Positions 18,610 through 28,406 of a stretch of 64,000 bases of DNA are shown here, piece after piece. The notes below the pieces were generated by a model. The model saw only the letters and a list, made by a program, of their open reading frames with translations, searched no databases and was not told the DNA's origin. Source of the stretch: an uncultured Gammaproteobacteria bacterium (lineage in GTDB: Bacteria; Patescibacteriota; Microgenomatia; UBA12405); NCBI GenBank assembly GCA_964538765.1, contig CAZIHS010000001.1:19966-83965 (forward strand). Reading direction: 5' to 3'. The number at the start of each line of letters is the position of its first letter. Within the stretch, counting starts at the first letter, position 1. Made by a program: the position numbers and the translations under genes.

Positions 18610-19518
18610 GTGGTTTGGTTCTTTCTATTTTTTGTTTTTTGGCATGGTCATGCCATGGCTCAAAGTTCAGTGGCAACTCCATCGGCGGCAACAACAGAAA
18701 CACCCGTTCCGACAACAATACTTCTTAATCCCGCTACTGGAATATATATAAACGAATTTTCTCCGTATGGACTACCCGAATGGGTGGAAATATTTAACAA
18801 TAATGACGTTGCGGCAAAGTTGGAAAACTGGAAAATTAGTGAGGAAGACAATTCAGTCAAAAGTTTTACTGCCGAAATTAACCCCAAGTCATATTATTCG
18901 ATAGATTATTCCGGGTATAAGTTGAACAACGACGGCGATACAGTCAAGGTTATTAACAACCAGGACGCTGTGGTTGACTCACACAGTTTTGGCACATCGA
19001 TCTCAGTTTTACCCTGGTCGAAACAGTTGGGTGGAGAATGGTGCCAAACAGAAGCCAGCCAAAATGCCGCCAACAACACCTGCCCCACTCCACCCCCAAC
19101 ACAGACGCCAACCCTGCCACCAACTCCAACTCTCTCCCCAACTCCAACAACACCCAACTCCCCTACCCCAACCAAAACACCAACCCCCACCCATTCGCCA
19201 ACCCCAACTCATTCGCCGTCCCCAACCAATTCACCAACAGCCAGCAAAACCCCCACTCCCACCAACTCCCAAACACCAACCAAAACACCAACATTAGATC
19301 CAAGTCCAACAATAGATCCTTCTCCCACAATAACAGAAGAGGAAATAGTTGAGACTGATGACAATAAGGTTGGCGAGGTTGCCGGAATCAGCGAGGTATT
19401 GCGGCCAAGCCCAACCGTGGCCGCCAGCAATAAAAACGGTTTTAATTATATACCAGTGGTTTTCATTGCTTTTGGTGGTTTGTTATTATTAATTCCGGTA
19501 ATAACTCAAAAATTATGA
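18610..19518 (+). CDS. surface protein: lamin-tail-like domain, Pro/Thr linker, C-terminal TM
   Basis: [30 protein letters not shown] pattern; PT repeats; C-terminal hydrophobic anchor. Confidence 0.8.
   Translation: MVWFFLFFVFWHGHAMAQSSVATPSAATTETPVPTTILLNPATGIYINEFSPYGLPEWVEIFNNNDVAAKLENWKISEEDNSVKSFTAEINPKSYYSIDYSGYKLNNDGDTVKVINNQDAVVDSHSFGTSISVLPWSKQLGGEWCQTEASQNAANNTCPTPPPTQTPTLPPTPTLSPTPTTPNSPTPTKTPTPTHSPTPTHSPSPTNSPTASKTPTPTNSQTPTKTPTLDPSPTIDPSPTITEEEIVETDDNKVGEVAGISEVLRPSPTVAASNKNGFNYIPVVFIAFGGLLLLIPVITQKL
19085..19335 (+). repeat. coding low-complexity Pro-Thr-Ser repeat
   Basis: C/A-rich tandem codons encoding (PTxT/S)n and two IDPSPT units. Confidence 0.8.
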
Positions 19519-19889
19519 CGAAAAAATATATCCGTTTTTTACCAGCGGTTATTTGGATGGGAGTAATATATTATTTTTCTGCCAGCACAACCACAGGAGT
19601 GCCACTGACAGGCTGGTGGCGTTTTTTGGTTTTCAAGTCATTTCACCTGATCGAGTATGCAATCCTGGCAGTGCTATTATGGTGGCCACTTGGAAAAACA
19701 ACTCCAACCCTGATGATTTCATATCTATACGCTGTTTTTGATGAAATACACCAAAGGTTTACGGTTGGCCGGGGCAGTAAATTCAGTGATACCATTATCG
19801 ATTTGACAGGAATAGTGGCCGGACTTCTTCTAATAAAATTGGCAAGCGCCATATACCGAAAAATATTTTATAAGGAAAATTACTTTTGA
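19515..19889 (+). CDS. VanZ family protein
   Basis: [25 protein letters not shown]...D..ID. Confidence 0.9.
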   Translation: MTKKYIRFLPAVIWMGVIYYFSASTTTGVPLTGWWRFLVFKSFHLIEYAILAVLLWWPLGKTTPTLMISYLYAVFDEIHQRFTVGRGSKFSDTIIDLTGIVAGLLLIKLASAIYRKIFYKENYF

Positions 19890-20956
19890 AAAGGTTCCAA
19901 ACCGCTATTTTAATAATGAGGCTGTTGACAAAGATAGCCAGGACGTTAATTTTGGTGGCGGCTGGAATTGTGGTGTTGTTTGGCCCACGGAGCGCCAGGG
20001 CCGAGGATGTTTTGGAAAACAGGGCTATTATCTGCAAAAAAAACGAAAAAGGCTGCCGCAAAAACTTTTCTAAACCATTCTGGGTTATAGATAACCTTTA
20101 TCCTGGTTTTATCAGTTATCCGCCAACCACCTTGACAATATCCAACAAGAGAGATGAGAATTGCCGGCTTTACTTTGAGAGCAGAAATATAAAAGGGTCA
20201 GAGGTTTTAGCCAGAAAAATTAACATCAGTGTTACCGGAAATAACCAAATTAAATATGGAGGAAGTTTAGAGGCAGTTAATTTAAAGCCTCATTTTTTGA
20301 CTGATTTACCATCAAGATCAAGGCAGGATCTTTTGTGGACAGTATCGTTAGGACAGGAAGTTGGAAACGAGCTGCAAGGTCAATCTAACGTTTTTGATCT
20401 GGACTTTGATTTTAGCTGTGAGAAAGAAAGTGACGGGCAGGAAGATAAACTTTTAAATACCCAGATTTTGGGGGAAACCAGTGAATCCGGATGCAAGGAC
20501 CTGGCACCGGGGCCACCAACCAAACTCGAGGCTTTTGAAGAGGTAAACCAAATCAGATTGAAATGGCAACCGCCAAAGGATGAGGTGAGTTATTATTTTG
20601 TAAGCTACGGCCTGAAACCCGGAGTAGAAGAGGCCACCAACCCAAACATCGGCAAACAAGCCAATGAGGTGGTGATTGGAAATTTATCAGCAGGAGTTAA
20701 ATATTATTTTAAAGTAGGGGCCGGTAATGGTTGCGCCACGGGCCAAATAAGCTCGGAAATTTTTGCGATTCCAAAGGGTAAGCGGTTACCAAATTCAAAA
20801 CCACCGGGATTTCAGGGGGAAATTCTTGGTAAATCTTTCGCCGGTTTAGATTACGCTGATAACAGACAAGTCGCCAGTAAAAACCGACTGGGATTTATCT
20901 TTTTAACTTTATGGGTTTGCTTTTTTATTTATTGGCGCTTTATACTGAAAAAGTGA
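19886..20956 (+). CDS. surface protein with possible TasA-like domain, fibronectin type III domain and C-terminal TM
   Basis: Signal peptide (ARA-E); FN3 pattern LKW.PP..Y.VSYG..IGNL..G.KYYFKV.A.N; C-terminal TM plus KK. Confidence 0.75.
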   Translation: MKRFQTAILIMRLLTKIARTLILVAAGIVVLFGPRSARAEDVLENRAIICKKNEKGCRKNFSKPFWVIDNLYPGFISYPPTTLTISNKRDENCRLYFESRNIKGSEVLARKINISVTGNNQIKYGGSLEAVNLKPHFLTDLPSRSRQDLLWTVSLGQEVGNELQGQSNVFDLDFDFSCEKESDGQEDKLLNTQILGETSESGCKDLAPGPPTKLEAFEEVNQIRLKWQPPKDEVSYYFVSYGLKPGVEEATNPNIGKQANEVVIGNLSAGVKYYFKVGAGNGCATGQISSEIFAIPKGKRLPNSKPPGFQGEILGKSFAGLDYADNRQVASKNRLGFIFLTLWVCFFIYWRFILKK

Positions 20957-21783
20957 ATAGACTGTTTTTATATTTTTTCCCTCATGAAAAGAATAACCAC
21001 CGGGCGGTGGTGATTCAACCCGGTCTTATATTACTTCTAATTTGTCTTCACCTTTTTAGCCAATCTCTTGTAAAGACTATCGGCCTGGCGAGGCCTGGAG
21101 TGTTGGGTTATTCTTCAGAAATTACGGCCGATAAGGTGGTGACCTTAACAAATACGGAACGACAGAAGCTGGGTTTGCCACCACTGATAGCAAATCCCGT
21201 TTTGGCCCAGTCCGCCACTTTAAAGGCCGGTAATATGTTTTCAGACAATTACTGGGCCCATACTTCACCATCCGGAACATCGCCGTGGGAGTTTTTCCGC
21301 CAGGCCGGTTACCAGTATTCAATTGCGGGAGAAAATTTGGCCAAGGATTTTTACGATACCGAATCGATGATGAAGGCCTGGATGAACTCTAAAACCCACC
21401 GCGACAACATAGTTAATCCAAAATACAAAGAGATAGGAATCGGAGTGATGAACGGGACCTTGAACGGGATTAAAACTACCCTGGTAGTGTCACATTTCGG
21501 AACTCCAATTACATCGGTAGTGGAAGAAAAATACAACAATTTAGAGGTGGCCGGGGCCAAAAATGCTGCCGGGGTGGCCGCACCGATGATTAGCCCCCTT
21601 ATGATTACCAAAGCCTTTAGCTTAATGACCTTTTCCCTGGTAATCGGAGTGTTGTTGATAGACTTAGTAGTGACATTTAAACAACCCCAGCACCGGCTTA
21701 AAGGATCGTCGCTGGGTCATGCTTCATTTTTGATTGTAATTTTGCTTTTAGTTTTATATACCAAACAGGGGGCAATTTTTTAA
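20953..21783 (+). CDS. CAP (SCP) domain membrane protein
   Basis: LTN.ER..GL, A..KA..M...YWAH, AGENLA, AWMNS..HR.NI, EIGIG; GTG start overlaps the upstream stop. Confidence 0.9.
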   Translation: MNRLFLYFFPHEKNNHRAVVIQPGLILLLICLHLFSQSLVKTIGLARPGVLGYSSEITADKVVTLTNTERQKLGLPPLIANPVLAQSATLKAGNMFSDNYWAHTSPSGTSPWEFFRQAGYQYSIAGENLAKDFYDTESMMKAWMNSKTHRDNIVNPKYKEIGIGVMNGTLNGIKTTLVVSHFGTPITSVVEEKYNNLEVAGAKNAAGVAAPMISPLMITKAFSLMTFSLVIGVLLIDLVVTFKQPQHRLKGSSLGHASFLIVILLLVLYTKQGAIF

Positions 21784-22044
21784 ATGACGTTGCGGGAGTT
21801 TAAACAGCACAAAGGTGAATATTATGTTTTGTTTCTGGTTCTATTGGTTGAGCTGGTGGCAATTTTGGGATTTTCTTACAATATTCAGACTCAAAAATGG
21901 GTGGTTTATTTGATGGGAGTGACTTATTTTGTCTGGAGCATAATTTATCATTACCGGCGCAGAAATCTTCAGGTGTCGATTGTGGTTGAATACTTGGTGT
22001 TTATCCTATTTGGAATCCTTTTGCTTTCTTTTGGTTTGGTTTAA
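21784..22044 (+). CDS. small 3-TM membrane protein
   Basis: Three hydrophobic segments; abuts the CAP gene. Confidence 0.7.
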   Translation: MTLREFKQHKGEYYVLFLVLLVELVAILGFSYNIQTQKWVVYLMGVTYFVWSIIYHYRRRNLQVSIVVEYLVFILFGILLLSFGLV

Positions 22045-22698
22045 CCGCCAATCTGCTATCGATTTTGGGTTTCCCGAGAGAAGTTCCTGGGGAACAGGGT
22101 GGCCCTGATAATCGGCCGGGCGGGTGTATTGGGGATATTCGGGAAGCCGAACTTTTTTTGAGCCGATTTGTTGAAGCGAATAACTTTCGTCTTTTGAAGA
22201 CTGGTCTTTTCCTAAAACACCTGGAATAAGACGAACCGTGGCGTCTATCATAGCCATAGCAGCAAGTTCGCCGCCAGAGAGAACAAAGTCGCCAAGGGAA
22301 ACTTCGTCGTCAACAAGATGGTCGGCTACCCGCTGATCAACACCTTCATACCGGCCGCAAATAAAAAGCAGGGATGGTTTTTTGGCCCATTTTTCTGCAA
22401 GTGATTGGGTGAAGCGTTTTCCTTTTGCTGAAGTTAGGATAATGTGAGGAGAAGGAAGATTGGAACTGAGGCTGGAAATTTGATTGATAGCCCTGTCGAT
22501 AACATCGACACGAATCAACATCCCAACCCCACCTCCAAAGGGACGGTCGTCTACGGCTCCATAGCGGTTCCAGGCCCATTGGCGAAGGTTGTGGAGGTTT
22601 AGGGTGAGAATTTGATTTTTTATGGCCCGGCCGATGACGGACTGACCAAAAGGCGAGGTAAACATTTCCGGAAAAAGAGTGAGAACGTTAATTATCAT
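22006..22698 (-). CDS. trmD: tRNA (guanine-N1)-methyltransferase
   Basis: VLTLFPEMF, DDRPFGGG.GM, CGRYEGVDQR, GDFVLSGGE, EYPQYTRP. Confidence 0.97.
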   Translation of the reverse strand: MIINVLTLFPEMFTSPFGQSVIGRAIKNQILTLNLHNLRQWAWNRYGAVDDRPFGGGVGMLIRVDVIDRAINQISSLSSNLPSPHIILTSAKGKRFTQSLAEKWAKKPSLLFICGRYEGVDQRVADHLVDDEVSLGDFVLSGGELAAMAMIDATVRLIPGVLGKDQSSKDESYSLQQIGSKKVRLPEYPQYTRPADYQGHPVPQELLSGNPKSIADWRLNQTKRKQKDSK

Positions 22699-22773
22699 CT
22701 GTTTTAGAAAAGATTACGCTTGACCATCTTTGGCTATAATATATCGAATTAAAGTAGTTGTATACTAGACGAT

Positions 22774-23985
22774 ATGGATCAACAAACAAGGACGGCCGTG
22801 ATAGTAATTCCAACCTATAATGAAGCCGACAATATCGGCAAAATGATTGATTATTTGTGCACTAAAACCTTCGCCGACATTAAAAACAAAAAGGCTGTCG
22901 GCTGGAATTGGGAAATGAAAATTCTGATTGTTGATGACAGCTCGCCCGATGGTACGGGGAATGTGGTAAAGGAAAAAATGAGAATTTATCCAAACGAGGT
23001 GTTCTTATTGTCCAGATCTGCCAAAACCGGACTGGGAAGCGCCTATCTTGATGGCTTTAGATATGCCATTGACCGGCTGAATGCCGATTATATTTTTGAA
23101 TTTGACGGTGATTTTCAACACCCACCCGAAACTATTCCTTTAATGCTTGATAGAGCCGAAAAGGGTGACAATTTTGTTATGGGTAGTAGAAAGATAGCCG
23201 GCGGGTCAAATCCTCAAGGCTGGGGGCTGTGGCGGTGGTTGTTAAGCGAGATTGGCGGCGGACTGGCGGCAAGAATTATACTGTTTTTTCCTTTTGGCAA
23301 CTATTGGAAGGTAACTGATCCGACATCAGGACTTAGACTAACCCAGGTAAAAGGCTATATGGACAACCTTGATCTTGACTACACCCACTTAATCAACAGA
23401 AGTTTCGGGTACAAAATTGAAACGCTTTATAAGACATTGGCGCTGAAACCAAAATACAGCGAAATTCCGCTAAAATTTGGTTTGAGAACTGCCGGTATTT
23501 CAAAAATTGAGGCCAAGACCGCAATTGATATTTTGAAAGTGGCGATGCTTCTCAGGGTTAGAGATGAGACGACATTAAAGTTTATTAAGTTTGGTTTGGT
23601 TGGAGGTTTTGGGTTTTTAATAAATCTTTTTGGATTACGTTTTTTGTCAAAGCTAATGGCCGGACTACCGCTTGAAGTTGGGGTGAGAAATTTTGCAGCT
23701 AACGCTTCGGCGGCAGAGGTGTCGATAATCAGCAACTTTATTTTTAATAACAAATGGACCTTTGCGGCAGATAAAATTACCGAGAAAAAACGGTTGGCTC
23801 AAAAATTTACCACTTTTAACTTGTCTTCTATCTTAGGAGGAATTTTAATACCGTCTTTTATTATTGGGTTGGGAACACAAATATGGGGCGATCAAACTAA
23901 AACCCTGTTCTTATTTCTGGCCGTATTTGGCTTTACAATCCCATTCAACTGGTTTGTATACAATAAGTTTATTTGGAAAAAGTAA
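22774..23985 (+). CDS. GT2 polyprenol-phosphate glycosyltransferase fused to GtrA domain
   Basis: IPTYNE, VDDSSPDGT, GLGSAY, DGDFQH, GSR, D.TSG.R; C-terminal KFGLVG..NFIFNNKWTF GtrA. Confidence 0.9.
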   Translation: MDQQTRTAVIVIPTYNEADNIGKMIDYLCTKTFADIKNKKAVGWNWEMKILIVDDSSPDGTGNVVKEKMRIYPNEVFLLSRSAKTGLGSAYLDGFRYAIDRLNADYIFEFDGDFQHPPETIPLMLDRAEKGDNFVMGSRKIAGGSNPQGWGLWRWLLSEIGGGLAARIILFFPFGNYWKVTDPTSGLRLTQVKGYMDNLDLDYTHLINRSFGYKIETLYKTLALKPKYSEIPLKFGLRTAGISKIEAKTAIDILKVAMLLRVRDETTLKFIKFGLVGGFGFLINLFGLRFLSKLMAGLPLEVGVRNFAANASAAEVSIISNFIFNNKWTFAADKITEKKRLAQKFTTFNLSSILGGILIPSFIIGLGTQIWGDQTKTLFLFLAVFGFTIPFNWFVYNKFIWKK

Positions 23986-24083
23986 AAGTATCTGGTAAAT
24001 TACTGCCCGTATTTATTATCGACAAACAAATAGGCCGGCCGACCATCGTTGAAAGTAAGTTTTTTAACAATTGATTTTTTTTG

Positions 24084-24827
24084 CTAGCCGCTTAGAACCC
24101 GGTCGATAATGGCTTTGGCCTGTTCATAGGGCAAAGCTCCCGGTATTAACTCTTTTTTGCCATTTTTGCCAACTACAATTGTACCTGGGGTACCATTTAT
24201 TCCGGCGGAACTGCCGCCGCTCATCTGCTCGGTGACCTTTTTGGTAAACTTGCCGGAAGCGAGGCACTGATTAAACTTGTCTTTGTTGACGCCGATATCG
24301 GCGGCAATGGTGGCGATTTGTTCTTTAGTAAAACTGGTACCTGTGCTTTGCGTTTTTTCGTAGACGGTGTCGGCATATTGCCAAAATTTATCTTTACCAC
24401 CTATGTCGGCAACACATTCTGAGGCTTCAGCTTCCATTTGGGCATTTGCATGAAAGGGTAACGGATAGTGCCGGTATACCCAAGCCACCTTGTTACCATA
24501 CTCTTTGGTTAACCGTTGAATGGTGGGGTGAAAACTTTTGCAAAAGGGACATTCAAAGTCGGAATACTCGACCAAAAGAACGTCGGCGTTTTTGTTGCCG
24601 CGGATGTGATCATCTGAAGTTACCGGCGGGAGAGCATCAAGGTTGGGGGTTGGTTCGGCCGGCTGGGGATTGTTCTGGTTGGGGTTGGCGTCAACATTGT
24701 TGGCACCATTGGTTTTATTTTGAGCTTTAAGATTGTTAATGTTGACAAAGGTGTATGCAGAAAATAGCGAAACAAAGAGAGACAAAACTAAAAACGGGGT
24801 TACCCAAGATCGATCGGTTTGGTTCAT
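24084..24827 (-). CDS. DsbA/BdbD-like thiol-disulfide oxidoreductase
   Basis: EYSDFECPFC, RHYPL..H, GINGTPG; N-terminal TM. Confidence 0.92.
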   Translation of the reverse strand: MNQTDRSWVTPFLVLSLFVSLFSAYTFVNINNLKAQNKTNGANNVDANPNQNNPQPAEPTPNLDALPPVTSDDHIRGNKNADVLLVEYSDFECPFCKSFHPTIQRLTKEYGNKVAWVYRHYPLPFHANAQMEAEASECVADIGGKDKFWQYADTVYEKTQSTGTSFTKEQIATIAADIGVNKDKFNQCLASGKFTKKVTEQMSGGSSAGINGTPGTIVVGKNGKKELIPGALPYEQAKAIIDRVLSG

Positions 24828-24904
24828 GTGATTTATATAAAATTAACTGTGTTGTTATTTAACCTTATGCCAATAAGAGTGTCAATCGGCAAAATAGGCG
24901 GCGT

Positions 24905-26296
24905 TTAAATTTCAACCAAGCTTAGGGAACAGTTTGAGCCTTCGATTAGCCAGTTGCGTCCGTGCATAATGGCGATTAACTCCCCTTTTTGAACCAGTTT
25001 GTTCTTTTTTAGCCGGGAGATTAATTTTGATTGCCAGTTTTTACCCGGGTCATTTTCAAAAAGAAGCGTTTCGATTCCATAGGAAATCGAGAGATTTCTG
25101 GCGACTTTTTGACTGTCGGTGACCGCAATAGTGGGTGTTCTCAACCTCTTGGCAGAAACAAGTTTGGCACTGGTACCCGACTTGGTCATTATTACCACCC
25201 GGCTAATTTCGGGTTGAGAATTAAGCACCATGGTTTCTAAAGAGTTGGCCAGAATGGCACCGGCAGAGAGAACTCCCCCAAACATTATCGGGGAAGCGAT
25301 TTTATCCTGACAATAACGGCCGATTTCAACCAATTGCTCGACGGCCTTTAGCGGATAATCACCAATCGAAGTTTCCTCGGATAACATAAGACAATCGGCG
25401 CCGTCAAAAACAGCATTGGCCACGTCGGTGGCCTCGGCCCTGGTCGGGAAAGGATTTTTAACCATTGAAGACAATATCTGGGTGGCAACAATAACCGGCT
25501 TACCAAAATGGCGACATTTTTTTACGATATCTTTTTGGTGAAGAGCCAGCTCTTTTAACGGAACCTCAACTCCAAGATCGCCGCGGGCAATCATTACCGC
25601 GTCGGCTTCTTCAATGATTTCGTCAAGATTGTTAAGGGCCGACTGGTTTTCAATTTTGGCAATAATGCCACCCTTAAATTTTAAGCTATGCAGTTTTTTC
25701 CTTGTTTGGCGAATATCTTCACCTTTCCTGACAAAAGATATGGCGGCGAAGTCAACGTCGGATTCAAAAACCGGACAAAGTCTATCGATTTCAATTTGGT
25801 CAAAGACAGGCAGGTCGTTGTCTTTCATTGGGAAATTTACAGACTTGTGGTCGGTTAAAAGATAGTTTCGGGTGGCCCTAACTTTAAGGAGATGACTTTG
25901 CTTTTCAACTATTTCAAAGCGTAGATTGCCATTATCGATGTACAGGTCATCGCCGATGTCGATTTTTGGCCAACCCTTTTGAAGATAAAGGTCGTGCGGA
26001 CCAGATTTGGATGCGGCATCAGCGACAATATATTCCCGGCCAAAGATTATGTTTAGCGGTTGATTGGAACTAAGCTTTAAACGCCTCTCGGGACCGGGAA
26101 GGTCAATAATTATGGCAACTTTTCGTCTCTGGCTTTCTGAAATAAGCCTGGTTTTTTTGATTAGATTCTGGTGCCAGTCAAGGGTGTTATGTTTAAGATT
26201 AAAACGAAACGCATTAACACCATATTTGATTAGTTTATCTATTTTATCCTGGCTGGCGGGTCCAACGGTGGCGATCACTTTAATTTTTGGAGTCAC
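24905..26296 (-). CDS. pyk: pyruvate kinase
   Basis: K.IATVGPAS, DLPGPE.R, AKIE, MIARGDLGVE, ATQ.L.SM, PTRAE.TDVANAV.DG.D..MLSEET. Confidence 0.96.
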   Translation of the reverse strand: MTPKIKVIATVGPASQDKIDKLIKYGVNAFRFNLKHNTLDWHQNLIKKTRLISESQRRKVAIIIDLPGPERRLKLSSNQPLNIIFGREYIVADAASKSGPHDLYLQKGWPKIDIGDDLYIDNGNLRFEIVEKQSHLLKVRATRNYLLTDHKSVNFPMKDNDLPVFDQIEIDRLCPVFESDVDFAAISFVRKGEDIRQTRKKLHSLKFKGGIIAKIENQSALNNLDEIIEEADAVMIARGDLGVEVPLKELALHQKDIVKKCRHFGKPVIVATQILSSMVKNPFPTRAEATDVANAVFDGADCLMLSEETSIGDYPLKAVEQLVEIGRYCQDKIASPIMFGGVLSAGAILANSLETMVLNSQPEISRVVIMTKSGTSAKLVSAKRLRTPTIAVTDSQKVARNLSISYGIETLLFENDPGKNWQSKLISRLKKNKLVQKGELIAIMHGRNWLIEGSNCSLSLVEI

Positions 26297-26622
26297 TACT
26301 AAAGATTAGCATAAGGATGCCGACGGTTTTTGTCTGTGTGTATTTTTTTTGTAGTCTGTTTTCTTTTCTATGATGTATAGTATATTTTTATCTATTTTTC
26401 CTTATTTGTTGTATTATTTATGTTTTTTGTATTGTAATGCATGTGTGTTCTTTTTTGTTTGCTAATTCGCTAATTTGCCTTTTCTTCTATAATATCCTTG
26501 TTTTGCGAATACACTTGACAAGATGTTTGGGTGGTGGTTTAGTTAATCAAATCATTATTATTTTTTTTAAAGTTTTTACTGCCCCTATTTGCAGGTTTTA
26601 CTTTAAAAATAGAATCAAGGAC

Positions 26623-27255
26623 ATGAAGAAAAAGATTTTCATCAGTCTGCTGATAATCACAGCGGTTGGCGGCTTAGGTTTTGCTGCTACCCGAGCCTTC
26701 TTCACCGACAGAGAGACAAGCACCGGAAGTACCTTCACCGTGGGTACGATGGACTTGGCGGTTGGTGATGCTAATGGAAGCAATGTGGATCCCTTTGTAA
26801 TCGAGGGGATTGGCGCTTCCGGCGATATTAGCGGATCAAAAACCTGGACAGTTAGAAACACCGGTTCTTTGCCAGGTCGGGTTTATTTTAAACTCGACAA
26901 CGTTGTAAATTATGACAACGGATGCAATGAACCTGAGGCTTTAGTTGACACCACTTGTGGTACCCCGGGAGCAGGCCAGGGTGAACTTGGAAATGTAATC
27001 ACAGCTAAAGTAGCGTGGGACGGAGTTGAAAAGGTAAATTCGACTTTGGCGACCGCGAATCAAGGCAAAATCGGGACCGACTGGTCGGCCTTGACTCCGA
27101 TTATTCTCCAGGGCGGGGAGTCGAAAACATTAAAAATGGAATGGGCAACAGGCCAGAATGATTATGGCAACGAAATTCAAAGCGACAGCTTGACTTTTGA
27201 CTCCGTATTCGACCTTGAGCAACTGGTGACCCCAAGTGCCGTTCCGACTTTGTAA
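26623..27255 (+). CDS. TasA/camelysin-like protein with SipW-cognate signal peptide
   Basis: MKKKI-hydrophobic-ATRA|FFTDRETSTGSTFTVGTMDL; VRNTGSLP; GNEIQSDSLTFD..F.LEQ; ATG 26623. Confidence 0.85.
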   Translation: MKKKIFISLLIITAVGGLGFAATRAFFTDRETSTGSTFTVGTMDLAVGDANGSNVDPFVIEGIGASGDISGSKTWTVRNTGSLPGRVYFKLDNVVNYDNGCNEPEALVDTTCGTPGAGQGELGNVITAKVAWDGVEKVNSTLATANQGKIGTDWSALTPIILQGGESKTLKMEWATGQNDYGNEIQSDSLTFDSVFDLEQLVTPSAVPTL

Positions 27256-27273
27256 CACTGGTTAATGATTAGA

Positions 27274-27305
27274 AGATAGGGGGGGGTGGCGACACCCCCT
27301 ATTTT
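27274..27305 (+). terminator. terminator/stabilising hairpin between tasA-like gene and sipW
   Basis: ATAG..GGGGGTG-GCGA-CACCCCCTATTTT. Confidence 0.7.
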
Positions 27306-27310
27306 AATAA

Positions 27311-27835
27311 ATGAAAATAGTACAGATAATTGTTGAAACAGTTTCTTGGTCGTTTTTGCTGGTTTTGGGCGGAATGATTGGTTTAACAGCACTTTCCAAT
27401 AGTAATATGACCGGAAGTTACCACTTTTTTCTGGTTCAATCGGGGTCGATGGAGCCCTCGATTATGACCGGGGATATTATTGTCGTTAACCAGCAGAAAC
27501 AGTATAAAAAAAATGAGGCAGTTACTTTCACCGATAATAAAGGCAGGCGGGTGACCCACCGAATAGTTGACATTAAAAACGAAGGAGGGAAAACGATTTT
27601 TTTGACAAAAGGGGACGCCAACCGGACATCGGATAATGACAGCATAACTGCCGATAGAGTGGTTGGGAAGGTGGTGTTGGTTGTGCCAAAGCTTGGCTAT
27701 TTGGTTGCTTTTAGTAAATCTTTTTGGGGGTTAATTGTTTTGGTTTTATTACCTTCAACTTTGATTGTGGTTGACGAAGTAGTTAAGATTGGACGGAACC
27801 GAAAAGTTGCTTCGCAAAATGAAGCCCGTAACTAA
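27311..27835 (+). CDS. sipW: signal peptidase I, SipW type
   Basis: V.SGSMEP.I..GD, VTHRIV, TKGDAN...D, VPKLGY (Ser-His type). Confidence 0.9.
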   Translation: MKIVQIIVETVSWSFLLVLGGMIGLTALSNSNMTGSYHFFLVQSGSMEPSIMTGDIIVVNQQKQYKKNEAVTFTDNKGRRVTHRIVDIKNEGGKTIFLTKGDANRTSDNDSITADRVVGKVVLVVPKLGYLVAFSKSFWGLIVLVLLPSTLIVVDEVVKIGRNRKVASQNEARN

Positions 27836-28388
27836 AATAGTTCTTTTGGTGGTTTTGGTCGTTTCAACCTGTCTTTTGCTGACAGAAGTAACCGACGCTG
27901 ATTTGTTTGATGAAGAGGTGGTGACCGGAAATAAGTTTATGGTAACCACTTTAGATTTTTCAACTAGAGATACGGCTAATTTAACAATAGTGAATTCCCT
28001 GTTTAGAACCATAAATATAGTCAGGGGCGGTTTCGAGGTGAGGGCGGTGAGGCTGAAGAAAGATGGACAACTTGATATCCCCTATCATCTGGCGGCCTCT
28101 ATCATTAGCTCCAGTTCACCTTTATGCAGTGCCTTAAAGTTGAAGATAATAAAACAGAACCAGTTTATATACAACGATAAATTATCGCTTCTTAATTTGG
28201 ATGGAAAGATTGAGGGCGATAGCTACGAAGATTATATCTTTATCCTGTATCTCGACCAGGCCGAAGCAGAAGTGATGAATAAATCCTGTGAATTTAATTT
28301 TTCTTTTGTTTCCAGACTTAACGGTGGAGTGTCCGGATTAAACGACCGGGAAGACGTGCTCAATTATGTTTCTTCAGGTAGCTGGTGA
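27819..28388 (+). CDS. second SipW-dependent secreted protein (TasA-like)
   Basis: TDA|DLFDEEVVTGNKFMVTTLDF resembles SipW-cognate N-terminus; C-terminal N.SCEFNFSF; ATG 27819. Confidence 0.7.
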   Translation: MKPVTKIVLLVVLVVSTCLLLTEVTDADLFDEEVVTGNKFMVTTLDFSTRDTANLTIVNSLFRTINIVRGGFEVRAVRLKKDGQLDIPYHLAASIISSSSPLCSALKLKIIKQNQFIYNDKLSLLNLDGKIEGDSYEDYIFILYLDQAEAEVMNKSCEFNFSFVSRLNGGVSGLNDREDVLNYVSSGSW

Positions 28389-28406
28389 AATGCTATTCTA
28401 TTTCTA

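Noticed and set aside
19085-19335. Repetitive C/A-rich tract as a possible CRISPR array or VNTR
   Set aside because: Degenerate codon-level repeats of a Pro/Thr linker; no constant repeat-spacer structure and no cas genes
26437-26622. N-terminal extension of the TasA-like ORF
   Set aside because: Low-complexity T-rich non-coding DNA; the signal peptide starts at ATG 26623
26320-26622. AT-rich tract as replication origin
   Set aside because: No TTATCCACA-type DnaA boxes seen and no dnaA/dnaN nearby
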